Source: Euprymna scolopes
Taxonomy: Eukaryota
Assembly: GCA_053919585.1 (NCBI GenBank)
Contig: CM132791.1
DNA: 64,000 nucleotides
Direction: 5' to 3' (one strand)
Positions 38,890 through 51,449 of the stretch are shown here, piece after piece. Positions within the stretch are counted from its first letter, which is position 1. Each line of letters starts with the position of its first letter. Both the position numbers and the translations under genes were made by a program. The notes under the pieces were generated by a model. That model was not told the origin of the DNA. It was given only the letters and a program-made list of their open reading frames with translations, and did not search any database.

Positions 38890-41100
38890 AACAGAGATAG
38901 TCAACAGATCGTGATGGCGCCGAATTAGAGGAGACTGAATCAGACCTATTATTCCTAAGCGAAACTGGCATTGGACCGAATATTGCCCAAAAAGAGTTAG
39001 GAATTAAAGTATACTTTAACTTAACATCTTAATATGACCCCCAAAATGGCCATGGGTATGGAATATATGCCTACATTAAAAATGTCTTTCCATGTAGTAG
39101 GTAACCTCTCCAGAGAACATCTTAAATTACCCTGTATGTGCTTCCGGGTTGCACTTTCTCACACGACTGCGTTTATATTTGCCCTCTATCACCACCACGA
39201 CAGCAAAGTTACCATCTATAAGACTATATAAGAGCAAATTGACCACATCCCATATGCTCATCCTTGGGCTAACCTTCCTGTCTGTGGAGACTTCAATGTG
39301 GATAATGTGGAATAGTTACCCCACTCGAACAAGACATGATGACGGGAGGTTCTCTCACGATTTCTCCATTGCCTATGACCTCACTCAGATTGTCCACGAA
39401 CCCACCCGTATGCCCGATACTGAAGGTCAATATGCATGGCTCCTAGATCTTTTTCTCAGAACTTGCCCTAAGCTATGTTTATCTTCGGTTCTGTCTCCAC
39501 TGGGATCTTCTGACCACTCTGTTGTGTCAATAAAAATAAAAACGAAATGTAATGAGTCCTCTAACGTATCTCTTTATCGTACGGTATAGCTTCCGTACAT
39601 TTATATCAGATCTACCTCTGCGTTCCATGTTTAAAAAGGATGTGTCCTCTATAGTAAGAGACCTGCCGGAATGGTTACTTGTAGGTATAGATGTTTCATA
39701 CCCTCGAAAACGTTCCAACAAAACCCTAAAATAGTAATAAAGAACACGAGAGAGTTGTATGCCCAGTCCGTCAAGTCAAACGTGTCTGAGCAGCGGCTTG
39801 GTTCGCACCAGTTTTGGCAAATACAAACACGATCCTAAACAGAATAGTGTACTCTATCACAGCTATCATCAATGGACCTTAGGCAATGTCAACAGCGTCT
39901 GACAAACTAAACTCTTTGTCAAGAACTTTGCAGCCTATTCCACTTTATACGACCAAGGCCGCGAACCCCCTGTATTTCCTCTTGTATCAGAAAACACTCT
40001 ATGCGACCTACAAACATCCGCGCGTGATGTTGCCAAGCTAATAAAAAACTTGATTCCAGTAAAGCAACAGGCCCCGACGGCGTTCCTATTATAGTGCTCA
40101 AAACGCCTCCACTAGAACTAACTCCAATACTTACGAAGCTGTTTAAGCATTGTCTTAAGGAGAATTGCTTCCCAACATACTGGAAATCTCAGCGGTATGC
40201 CATGTATTTAAGAATTCAGGTAATCTCTCATCTCCTTCAGACGAATAAGTCTACTGTGCGTCATGAGTAAGTTACTTGAATCTGTGTTAAATAAAGAAGT
40301 AGTCAGTAATCTCAGCGAAAAATAACCTTCTTAATGACATGCAATAATGTTTCGGGTTTGCTAAATTTATTTCTCATGGGATTAGCGAAACTTTCTAGGG
40401 TAAAATGGAATACGTACATCAAATTCATTGTCAAGGTCGCTGGCAAGGTCGCTGCAAAAATGACGGGATCCTTCTATCGATCCAGTAGATATCTACCTGC
40501 TGATTGAATTCTCTACCTATATAAAAGCCAGACACCTCCAAGGGTAAAGTATTGCTGTCACACTTGGACAAGAGCTGCCAGGAAGATGTGATCCTGTCTT
40601 GACAGAATAGACTCTGTAACCTAGTGGGGAATTCCCTTTTATTTTTCCTGCCACTTCCTTCTTACAGAAGAGACAGTACGAGCCTGTATCTGCTTTTTCG
40701 TTATTTTATGGCAAGTGTTTGTCTGAGCTCAAATCTATAGTCCCCCCCTCGTCAAACATTCACAGGAAACACTCGTTTGGCTGAAAATACTATCTAATAA
40801 TTTCCCTCAACTTTATCTGTGCCCAAACCTAAACGCAGATTCCTTGAACAAGGCTTTTTCACGAACTGCACACCTGTGGAACTTTTTTCCGTTTATATGC
40901 TTTCCAGCTGACTAAAAAATAGTCGTCTACAAGTCGAATGTAAACAAGTTATTGATGAGCCGTTCCCCTTAAGGAATCCAATTTACCAAATATACACTAC
41001 TAACGATTACTATTTCTTTTGGCCACTGTACACTCTATAACCCTTACCCTCGAGTGGCCGCGGGGCCTTGATAAGTGTTGAATTCTTTAAACTAAAAAAG
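38890..41100 (+). mobile_element. CR1/L2-group LINE, longest copy: APE endonuclease and RT N-part, RT core deleted, 3' end present
   Basis: LFLSETG (~38950), CGDFNV (~39285), QIVHEPTRMP...LDLFL...LGSSDH (39390-39520), KATGPDGVP...LFKHCLKENCFPTYWK (40060-40190) and ISLLCVMSKLLES, then a jump near 40400 to the MTGSFYRSSRYL region. No YADD seen. Confidence 0.9.
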
Positions 41101-41527
41101 AAAAGAATCAGCGTTGTAACTTTCCAAAAGCGGAGAAATACTCCAGAATAAAATTTTGCCAAATATAAAACCTGAAAAGCTGTCGTTTCTTGGGAGAATT
41201 CCCATTACAGCGCCCCATCAAACATGTGAAAAGCATGCCAAAAGATGAACCAGATATGTTTCCAGAGACTGACGTCCCAAATAAGTGTTATTCTTCTTTC
41301 GTGTTGTAAACATATTTATGCTGATTACTGCCCCGCTATGAACTGTATTTAAATGTGCTCACGCACAAAGCGAACTCTAGATAAACGATACACCACTAGA
41401 CGGTTATATACGAACACAGCCGAGTTCATTAGATATCAAAAAAACACTGTTACAGATACCACTACACACTATTCGCGCTCCTTTAATACATATCAACATA
41501 TGTGAGAAATACAGACAGGTATATATA

Positions 41528-41573
41528 GAGGGTGGGCCAAAATTAGGGTCCTATCTTTAAATATAATCATATA

Positions 41574-41627
<54 letters not shown>

Positions 41628-41653
41628 TAGGACCCTTATTTTGGCCCACCCTG
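41528..41653. mobile_element. Tc1/mariner-type MITE, 126 bp, interior mostly (TA)n
   Basis: TA|GAGGGTGGGCCAAAATTAGGGTCCTAT ... ATAGGACCCTTATTTTGGCCCACCCTG|TA: 27-bp TIRs with 2 mismatches and TA flanks. Confidence 0.85.
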
Positions 41654-41950
41654 TACAAGGCACACTTATATATGTTATACACCTACTGACTATATAGCAG
41701 TATGCTTTAATCAGTCAATCAATCTGAGCATTTGAAGGTGATAGATATTAGCCGCTCACATTTTTTAATAACCCCAAACAACTTGAGACAATCGTTCACA
41801 CATGCTACGAGTATATTCAAGACTATTGTCACACTGTATACATCAATATCCATATAGCTTGACCGTATAATGTTTAAATTAATTAAGATCTAAAAACATA
41901 ATAATTTACGAAACAGATACACTGACAATAAATACGCATTTCTATCTTTA

Positions 41951-42475
41951 TCTCTATTTGCACTATTATTTACAAGTCACTTTGTATGTGCGTGAGTTCG
42001 TTCCTCATATGTACCGAAACGGCTGAGATTGTCTTGTGTTTTTGTTTTAATTTCACACAAATCTAATTCATATATCTGGCATTGTTCTTAGATATGTTCT
42101 TTTATTAGAGAAATTCATCTGATAAATGTCTAAAATCAACAACATAATTTAACTCTTTCCCTTGGACAGTTTAATGTTAAACATTCATTTATAAGACTTT
42201 TCTATTTTATACATAAGAGAGGAAAGACTATGTTTAAGACTGTCAAGCCAAAATATCAGCTGACGTGATATTGTAATCAAACAGAGACGGAATTTGATGA
42301 GCGACATTATCATTATCAGTTTTCTTTCGAATTAGTCCACCGAGCAAATTATTCCTCGTAATATGTAATAATAAATAGAAAGTTGTTTCTACAATAATAC
42401 CTACGCAATCTGCATAAATTAAAATATCATATTTAAGCATATTGTACGAGTGAGCAACGCCGGACGGCCATTTAG
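41951..42475 (+). mobile_element. Non-autonomous Helitron-like element
   Basis: 5' A|TCTCTAT...; 3' GAGCAACGCCGGACGGCCATTTAG|T. The last ~70 bp are homologous to 52059-52136. Confidence 0.55.
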
Positions 42476-43741
42476 TCTAAAATAAGATGAAATATCTTCA
42501 AATGTGTATGTGATACTATTCAAATAGAAAAGAAGGTTATGGTGGATGTAGAATTAACCCCTCAGAATGACAACACAAATGCAGGATTATCAACATGTCT
42601 CGTTACTTTTGAGGAAAGAAGGCAAACGACATGTTCATTGGCTCTTGGATTTCTCTCAGATAGCACTTGACATTAAAACCAAATGAAATAAACACTGGGG
42701 GAATCAGAAGAGGCGGTCTGAAAATATCCCCTTTTTAATGAAACATAAAAATGATTTGTGTGTGTTTTTTTTCTTATTCCGTTAGGTTCGTTTGTGAGAC
42801 TTCAACTAACGATGCTGCACCTTTCCTTCCTTTGCAATACGTGGAGTAGAGATGAGAACAATGCGAAAGGAATCTGGTCGTAAAAATTGATGAAGATAAG
42901 AATGAGTGATAAAAAGGCAGGGATAGATAGAGAATATGTGAAAAGGAGAGAGGGTGAGAATCAACGAAAATAATTGGATTGAATAAACTAAAAGAACAAC
43001 AATAGAGAGAAATGTACATCAAGATAAGGTAAAAAAGAAAGAGACACGGACACGAGAAAGAACAAAATAGAGGGGGAAGACGGGGCATACAGGAAAAGCA
43101 TGGAGAAAAGGAATACAGAGGTATAGAGAAGGCTATGACTGAGAAAGATACGTTTACAAAGTATGGATGCAATTTTATCCTTGTACTTAATTAAAGGTTC
43201 TATCCAACTCTAAATATACACCTAAGAAAGCCAAATTGAGATCGACAAGACGGAAGAAACAAAACTAAATAAAGACATAGAAAAGAATAAAAGACCATCC
43301 AATAATGAAAACTAGAATTAAGAAGCGAATCAGGAACATAGCGCCGATAAGGAAGAACGGCTCTTTTAACTGCTTATCTTTACCCTGAAAAGTTGAGGAG
43401 TCGATCGTCTTCATACGACATTAACACATTCATTCCTGCCGCAAAACTAATCAGACAAAGCTATAATCAGTTGAAAACACCAATCTTTACAATTCAGATT
43501 ATTATATTTTTGCATATAATAAATATTTTCCAACAAACAATAATATTATTGCATCTTTTTTATATAAAGTTATGTTAATCAAGCTGTCAAAAGTGTAAAC
43601 AGTTAAAACGATGTCGAGTAAATTATCTTATATTTTTTTAAAAAGATATTATGGAGAAATATTATTTTATTATGTTAGTTTCATGACATTATCCGTATGG
43701 AGGTATATTGCTAACCAGAAAATTCATGTAGAGATAAAATT

Positions 43742-44036
43742 ATTTTTTTTACATGGGGGTCACCACTTATGAAGGCCCGCAGGCCACTCAGCGATAAAGG
43801 TTACTGCGTGTACAGTAATCAATGAGATAGTATTGTAGTAATCATTAGTATTAGGGGGTTCGAGAGAGTGCCTTACTTAAGGGGGCGGTTTGTCAGGAGT
43901 TTGTTTATTTTGTGACTTGAAGACGTCCAAGTTGTAATCGGGTGGGAAAGAGGCAAGCGGCAGAGAGTTCCACTAGCGTGCAGTTCTAAGAAAGAAGCTT
44001 TGCTCATGGAATCTACGTTTGGAATTAGGCACAGAT
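43742..44036 (-). mobile_element. CR1/L2-group LINE extreme 3' fragment
   Basis: Matches 20170-20440, from the T-tract and GGTCACCACTTAT through GTGCAGTTCTAAGAAAGAAGCTTTG. Confidence 0.9.
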
Positions 44037-44737
44037 TTCAATATTATTCATTTTTTAAAAGATAGTAAAATGAAACAAGTCAGGTAATGCAATTCGGTTA
44101 AGTTATTTAAACGAAAAAAATGGTTGTCTAAAACTGTTTTTACGCGAAAATATGTTAGTCATCGTCACAAATTTCCTTTCTATGTTGTTCCCCAAAGCAG
44201 GTACACAGGCGAGACGTTTTTTTTTTCTATTTATTAGTATCCCGAAGTAAAACATCTTCTGAGATATCTGAGCAGATAACGAATTCATGCTTTGCTACAA
44301 TATGTCACATAAAACGCACAGTAATCTTGCTGTGCACCAGAAGTAAGTATATTTTGAGAAGAGCAATACAACAATTATTTTAAAGATCATATCGTTATAT
44401 TAACAGGGTAAAAATGAGAATTTTTAATCTTATTGTAATGCCACGGTGGTTGATATTAAGAACTGTATAAAGTCATACACATGTTTCTAGCCAAATTGTT
44501 TTCTCTTTAGGTCATTGTCGACTCATTGAGTAATGAAAGTATATATTCTGTTTACTTATTTAAGGTATTGCCCATAAATCAGATGATGATAAATTTGGCC
44601 GGAGTTTCCACGATATCATTCTAAGAATAATCTATAGAGAAATGCATGGGATATTACTGTAGTAACACGTAACAGAAAAAAGTGTTTCTATGGATCGAAT
44701 TCGATTTGAACTTGGAATACCCTTGTAAGTCTAAGTC

Positions 44738-45038
44738 GTATATGGCAGAATCAGGTTTGACACACCGGTTCTTGTCAGATCACCAGTTAAGCAGCGACCA
44801 ACCTGGCCAGTACAAGATAAGTGGTCATTTCTGGTTCCAGGTACTGTATGTGCTCTCCGCTTATATCGGCATTGCTTCCAGTCGTCCTGGACTTCTCCTT
44901 GCCACTGGACTCAAGCAGTGCCGATTCAGAAGGGGAGTGGTAGAGATTTTGCAACCGTTGCCACACAATTACACGCGCAGCTGCCTTTAAAAGGGGTATC
45001 CCTTGTCTGTCGAGACTGAACAAAGTCATCTCTTTATC
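44738..45038 (+). mobile_element. 5S rRNA-derived SINE (SINE3-type), copy 2
   Basis: GTATATGGCAGAATCAGGTTTGACACACCGGTTCTTGTCAGATCACCAGTTAAGCAGCG..CCTGGCCAGTAC is 5S-like, and the body matches copy 1. Candidate TSD TCTAAGTC at 44730-44737 and 45039-45046. Confidence 0.85.
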
Positions 45039-45366
45039 TCTAAGTCCAAGTCGTTTGCAACTTGAACCCCCGCCATTGTCTTTCTCTAGAATTGGAATAA
45101 CATTTAGCATAGCCAGAATGCATAAATATAATTATTTATTAAAAATCTTAAACGTCAAGGCAATGCGTCTTCTTTTGTATGTTTTTATAAATCTATAAAA
45201 TATACTGTTTCAATCTTATCTACTATATTCGTAAGTTATACATTAAAATAGGGCAATTTTTAAGGTCAATCTTCTTCTAAATATTATTTACAAAATTTGG
45301 CTTTGTAAAAAAAAAAGCAATCTGGTTATCTCTTTGAAATATAGCTTCGTTTAGATACACGAATAA

Positions 45367-45411
<45 letters not shown>

Positions 45412-45830
45412 TCATTATAAAATATAAATACATTAATTGTTGTAATGATGAGAAAAAAAACTCTGAAGTAAATACGTTACGTAGCGTTTCGTCATAGAAG
45501 AAAGAAGTCAGCGATATTTACATTAAAAATATTCGAAGAAAACGTGTAGAAAAGAAATACTGTCTGCAAAAGTGTGTTTGACTGTCGCTACAAATGATAT
45601 TTAATTTGTAATGAATTATGCAGCACTGTATTACTAAGTATTGATTCGGACATATTAATTTCGCGATAATTTTGCGCGTTAGTTTTTCACCACAGTTCTG
45701 GAAGTCTTACCCCACAGGTAAGTACAATTATAATGCTTTATACACACACACACACACACACGCACAAACACACACACACATATGTATTTATATGTAATGC
45801 ATTATAATTTCAATACTCTCGTTAGATTTA

Positions 45831-45873
45831 GTCACGCTGATGAGTTCTAGACGACGAAACACGTGTCAATGGA
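45831..45873 (+). ncRNA. Minimal type-I hammerhead ribozyme-like motif (Penelope type)
   Basis: CTGATGA (45837-45843), stem II GTT/GAC, GAAA, stem III AC-ACGT-GT with palindromic loop, and GTC cleavage triplet ending at 45867. Stem I has two mismatches next to the core. Confidence 0.55.
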
Positions 45874-46029
45874 TAATTATATTTAAAAAAATAATACATA
45901 TGCCACTCCCCACTTGGGGGTACACAATTGGCCAAAGGTAAAATTATTCCCAGCTGCATTTACGTAAAAATGCATTCTATATAAATAATTGAATTCATTC
46001 ATAAAGTGTCACTAACAAAAACAAACAAA

Positions 46030-46069
<40 letters not shown>

Positions 46070-46080
46070 CATATATATAA

Positions 46081-46697
46081 TCGGTCAATTTAGCTCTTAT
46101 GCATAGATCATCGTATAACGATTAGATCACTGTATGATTGACGTAAAGAACATTTACAATTAAAATGTTTAAATCCAACGTTATTTCACGGGGTTAATGG
46201 CAGCCGAAGGATACGGTCTTTGCTAATCGAGCCAGAGATAAATCGTGTTGCCGAGTTCAAATATCTCGGCAGGTATTAATCCTGACACCCTGCACTGAAA
46301 ATTTCCGAAAGGATGAACCACTAGTGTATGTAGGTATTTAATTATTATAATAAAAAATAATTATGACAGCCCCTTTAAGAAACTTGTTTCTTATGGTTGA
46401 GCCCTTTTGAATTGAATAAAGTCAGTCAATTAAGATCTTATGAATAGATCATCGTATAACGATTAGCTCACTGTCTGACTGGCGTAAAGAACATTTAAAA
46501 TTAAAATGTTTAAATTCAACGTTATTTCATGCGGTTAATGGAGCAGAATGGGTACGGTATTTACTAATCGGACCAGAGATGGCTCGTGTTGCCAAGTTCG
46601 AATCTGTCGACTAGAGGTAATCGTGACACCCTGCACTTAAGAATCCCGAAAGATGGAGCACTAGTGTTTGTAGGTATTTTATTATTATAGTAACAAA

Positions 46698-46704
<7 letters not shown>
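46081..46704 (+). repeat. Tandem duplication, about 341-bp period, each copy with a tRNA-like segment
   Basis: 46081-46361 aligns with 46422-46704 (TAGATCATCGTATAACGATTAG...TGACACCCTGCACT...ACTAGTGT.TGTAGGTATTT). Confidence 0.9.
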
Positions 46705-46740
<36 letters not shown>

Positions 46741-46747
<7 letters not shown>

Positions 46748-47479
46748 CTGAATGTCTCTGTGTATGTGTGTGTTAGGCTCCTATATCGTTGACTATTTAA
46801 AAAAACTGATTCCATATAATGATTAAATATATATCGATACACAGGAATGGGTATGTTTGATCTGGCAGAACGGTGGTTCATTAAAATTGTGGAGTCTGCG
46901 TCTGGTCCACAAAGTATGGAAATAAAAAAATTAAAATTAAACAAAAAAAACCTTTACAAGTGTTTTTGATATAGATGTACATAAGAATATGTTAATGAGT
47001 ATATTTTAACTTAAATAGGGATGGTATAATAAAATTGTGGAGTCTGCGTTCGCGCCTGGCCTCCATAGAATGGAAATAGGCATAAACTTTAATAAAGACT
47101 TTTCATATATATCTGCGTTAGTATACTTTGAGAATTATGTTTCAGTTTAAAAAAATATGGTATAATAAAATTATGGGGTGTTCATTCGCACCTGACCTCC
47201 ATAGAATGGAAATATGTCACAAAGTTTAACAAGGTTTTTTTAATATAGATCCACAGAATATTGTGATAAGTGTTTCAGTGTGAACAGGTATGGTATAATA
47301 AATTATGGGGTGTATCTATTTTATTTTTACTTTCATCATATTTTTCTTTGGTTTTGATACTCCCAAATCCAACCAAAATGTACAACCCTTCCTTTTAATA
47401 ACCTATCATACTTTCAAAAATCAGAGTGCATTTTCTGTAGGCTGTTCTTGAACCCAGTCAGCGACGGGAACTTTTGTTA

Positions 47480-47480
<1 letters not shown>
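46741..47480 (+). mobile_element. Non-autonomous Helitron-like element with internal ~135-bp tandem repeats, flanked by (TA)n on both sides
   Basis: Start TATAAAGCTGAATGTCTCTGTG resembles 48964 TATAAAGTGAACGTGTCTGTG. The TAAAATT(G/A)TGG unit occurs near 46882, 47030, 47166 and 47298. End CCCAGTCAGCGACGGG..GTTAG|T. Confidence 0.6.
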
Positions 47481-47547
<67 letters not shown>

Positions 47548-48231
47548 CAGGTCTATATTCAAAATTTCAAGATACTGTCTATCTTACCGTTTACTTTTTG
47601 ACAACACAGAGATGTTTGAACTCCAAGATTGGGAAACTAAAATACCACCCAATTGCAACTTCTTTTCTAATTTTCGGATTTTGTAATTATGTTCATAATC
47701 CTTTATTTTCTTTTAAAGATGAGTAATGTTTATTCGTCTAATGAGTAAGGGCAGAATAAATTTTAAAATTCATATCATTATTTCAAGAACGATTCTGCGC
47801 TAAGAAACAACGGCTGTGAGAATTGAACATTTTAAAATGCTTTAAGAAATAAAAGGTAAGATGGACGTTATTTTAACATTTTAAATATAGAGTTTTTGAC
47901 ATTTCTTTGTATATTTTCTTCGTAGATTAAAGGATCGGAAGAGAACTATAATTAAATAAGCATATTTTCTCGAAAACATATAAACAATATTATATACATA
48001 TAAATGTGCGTGCGTACGTCTCTGTGTATGGAAAAAGATATATGTATTATATCTATATCTATATATCTATATATATATATATATATATATGTATATCTAT
48101 ATGTGTGTATATACATATATATACATATATATATATTTTACGCATGTTGTAAATTCATACTTGATGTGTATCACTGATATTAAATCTATACTTAGAATAC
48201 GACTTATAAATATCAAAACGGTTATGATATA

Positions 48232-48287
<56 letters not shown>

Positions 48288-48952
48288 ATATACAATGTGT
48301 TTATATTTATGTATATACCTTACAATAGTTCTCGTGTTGAAATCTCTTTAGAATTGAACATATTTAATCCATGTATTGACGCAGTTATGACAATAGCTGT
48401 CACTTGAATGCCTCTCGGTCAATACTGAAGTTTAAAGTCCTTGGCCTATATTATAATTCATAATAACCCAGAAATGATGTGACCAACGATCTTTATTTTA
48501 TTTTTTTTCTTTTCGATCGAATGTCTCACTTAAAAAAGGCGAGGTTAATTGAGAGAGAGAGAGATAATAATATTAAGTATGAAAGTGAACGTCTATACTT
48601 CTATAAATTAGTATTTCGTTTGTGTATATTTATATTCATATTAAAACCTCTCTTTTCTATGTATTTAAAAAGAAAATACAATGTTCTTATATATGGGTTG
48701 TGGAATTGCGTTCACAAGCAAAAGATCTAGCTAATTTGCATATTCTTTTAAACATTCATTTTAATTATTTCCCTATTAGTTTTTCGGTTTTCCTATCGGA
48801 TGATAATATTTAGTTAACTATTATGTGTAATTATATTCATGCACATATTCTACATGATTTATACTTGCATAATATTTGCGTAAAATTTTACAGTAAACAC
48901 AAAATTATTTCCATATATATTTATGTATACGTATACATTTTAGTTTACTCTA

Positions 48953-50007
48953 TCTATTATATCTATAAAGTGAACGTGTCTGTGTGTGACTGTGTGTATG
49001 TGTGTGTACTTTCCCCTACGCAATAACTCTGTCAATTTTAAGATTTCAGACTCGAAATTTGATATACCGTGTACTGAGATTTGGGAAAATCTTTGTAATC
49101 CGTTTTCGGCCAGAGATTAGGATGTTAAGGGGTCAAAGTTCAATGATTAGACCTTTGAGAGCTCTACCAAACTCCTCCGACTGTTACATGATAAGGGATG
49201 TCCCCTTTTCATGTAAGTATAAAAATAGAGAGATTTAGTTAAAATGAAAATGAAATAGAAATAGACGAAATTCGAACCTCGTAATTTAGGTTTAGAAATA
49301 GATTACGTGTGAGAATTAGAAAAAGGAATGTAAAGCAAACGATTGTTTAGAATAGAGATAAAATATTTCAAGAAAAGAATGTGCACTGTCAATTTTGTTA
49401 TGAAAATTCAATTGAAAGAATGCAGCTATAAGATAATGTTTTTAACATAATGGAAAAATAAGTTACTGAGTATAGGTTGAAATTCCTTTTGTAAAAAAAA
49501 GGAAAAGTTTTGGGCACGCATGTCCAGAACACGTGAAAGAAGGCACATGTTTTAACATGTGCATGACGTCATGGAAAATAGAAGGTTCTAGAAATATACA
49601 GAAAAACTTTAGAGTTGGGCGGACAGAAGCAGGGGAATTTTGTGAGGGACAGACGACAGTCTAGTTTGGAATTCGAACGTCTAGAAGCGAGACGGTCACT
49701 TTGAAACTTAATATGTTAAGCTTTGAATTCTTGATGAGAAAACCACGGCCGGTCGTGAAGAAATAAACCACCAGGTGTTTTTGTAAACGTCGTCTTTGTG
49801 TTGTGATTCCAGCAAAAGGTAAAGTGAATTTTTATTATATGTCTATATGTCTGTGTTATAAAATGTCTTGACATACACATCTCATATCCACAATGTGAAT
49901 CTACATCTCATATCTACACTAAGACTGTCTGAACACTGTCTACACAATGTCTGAACACGATCTCCTCACTCGAAGAGTTTCCATATTTCACTTCCAAGTA
50001 ATGAACA

Positions 50008-50073
<66 letters not shown>

Positions 50074-50434
50074 CGTCATAAAACGAACAATATCTCTTTA
50101 CAACATCCCTCTCTCTCAACAGCATCACTTATAATAAGACTCTATCTTAACGACAAACACTCTAATAAGACCCTTTCTAAGCATCACTTATTATAAGAAT
50201 CTCTCTCAATGAAACCCATATATATCACGACAATTATGTGTCTAAACACTTGTAATTATAGATATAGGTTCCTTGGATAGGGCTATACTTAATAACTTGA
50301 TTTGAGCCTAAACCAGTAAATGTTAAACGGGTCATGATAGGGGTCAAAGTTAAAAAAAATATTGCCCGCTTATTTATTTATTTTTCTCAACATAATCCCC
50401 CGAATATCCGGACAACGCCGGGCTCCCAGGCTAG
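48953..50434 (+). mobile_element. Non-autonomous Helitron-like element interrupted by a solo LTR
   Basis: 5' A|TCTATTATATCTATAAAGTG; 3' CCGGACAACGCCGGG hairpin plus CTAG|T at 50431-50435. Confidence 0.7.
49182..50227 (+). mobile_element. Solo LTR (about 1,046 bp), 4-bp TSD, probably Gypsy-type
   Basis: CGAC|TGTTACAT ... ATATATCA|CGAC gives TG..CA ends, an imperfect 8-bp terminal IR and a CGAC duplication at 49178-49181 and 50228-50231. Internal TGACGTCA and AATAAA (~49762). Confidence 0.65.
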
Positions 50435-51172
50435 TTTTAAATATAGCGAAAGTAAAAAGAAACTGCTACTTTTGTAGGGTGGAAACGAATAGCTTATATA
50501 TTAAATATGAGAGAAAACGTTAAACTAGACATAATGTTGAATTTTGAGAGAAAAAACATTAGTATAATTTGACGGCATATAGATCATCTTCCTGTTATTT
50601 TATAATGGAAAGAAATGTGTTCTTGAGTTGCTTAGTACAGATAGACAAAAGCAAGAACATGCTCGGTAAATAAGCTCTTTGAAAACAAATCAACCTCCGA
50701 TTGTTAGTGGCGGCTACAATCAGCACTTGAAAAGCGTTGGCGCTCTCTGCCGGTATAAAAATAAAATCAGCTTGTTTCTACTGTCGGGCATTATCTGGTA
50801 ATAGAAGCTAGCGGAAAAATCTAACTCTCGTTATGCTATTGTCATCACTGATAGTTAATGATTTTAGTCGTAGTTTGGAGCGATTATTTGCGTGGATCGT
50901 ATTTTACTAGCATGCACTAGCTACCTTTTCAGCTAACAGTCACTGGCACCCAGGTAAGTGCAGTTTTCATGCCGATACTTGCGTTTGCTGGTGGACACTG
51001 GCTATCGTTACACCTGACATTGTGGGTTCTAGCGTTTATTGTCGTCCATGACGAGTATCTCTTTCCAGTATACTGCTCTGAAATGAAATTACGTCTTAAA
51101 AGATAAGCACTGATGGTAATGTGTAAGGCGTTTACTGGCAAGCAGTTGCTACCTCTATAATGATAGGCTATT

Positions 51173-51449
51173 GTTGGCTTGGTTGGTTGTTTTTGTTTTA
51201 TGGCATATCAACCCTTTTCAGGTTATTTTATGCCGAATCCGAAGATTTTGAAGAAAAATTTGTTAATAGAATATCTTTTTTGTTTTCAAGTCGGTTTCTA
51301 TTTAACCCATAGTTGGGACCCTAACAGGTACTAACACACTGGGTCAGAGTGGACCTGGAAGCAATGGAAATTAAAGGGTGGATCCACACTCCCCAAAGCC
51401 CGGAAGCTGGGGGCTCACCACTGGATATTGTTTAAGGTCATATCCAGGA
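51173..51449 (-). mobile_element. SINE-like family 2, 5'-truncated copy
   Basis: Reverse complement aligns to 35886-36160 (TCCTGGATATGACCTTAAAC...GTTAGGGTCCCAACTATGGGTTAAATAGAAACCGAC...GGGTTGATATGCC). Confidence 0.85.
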
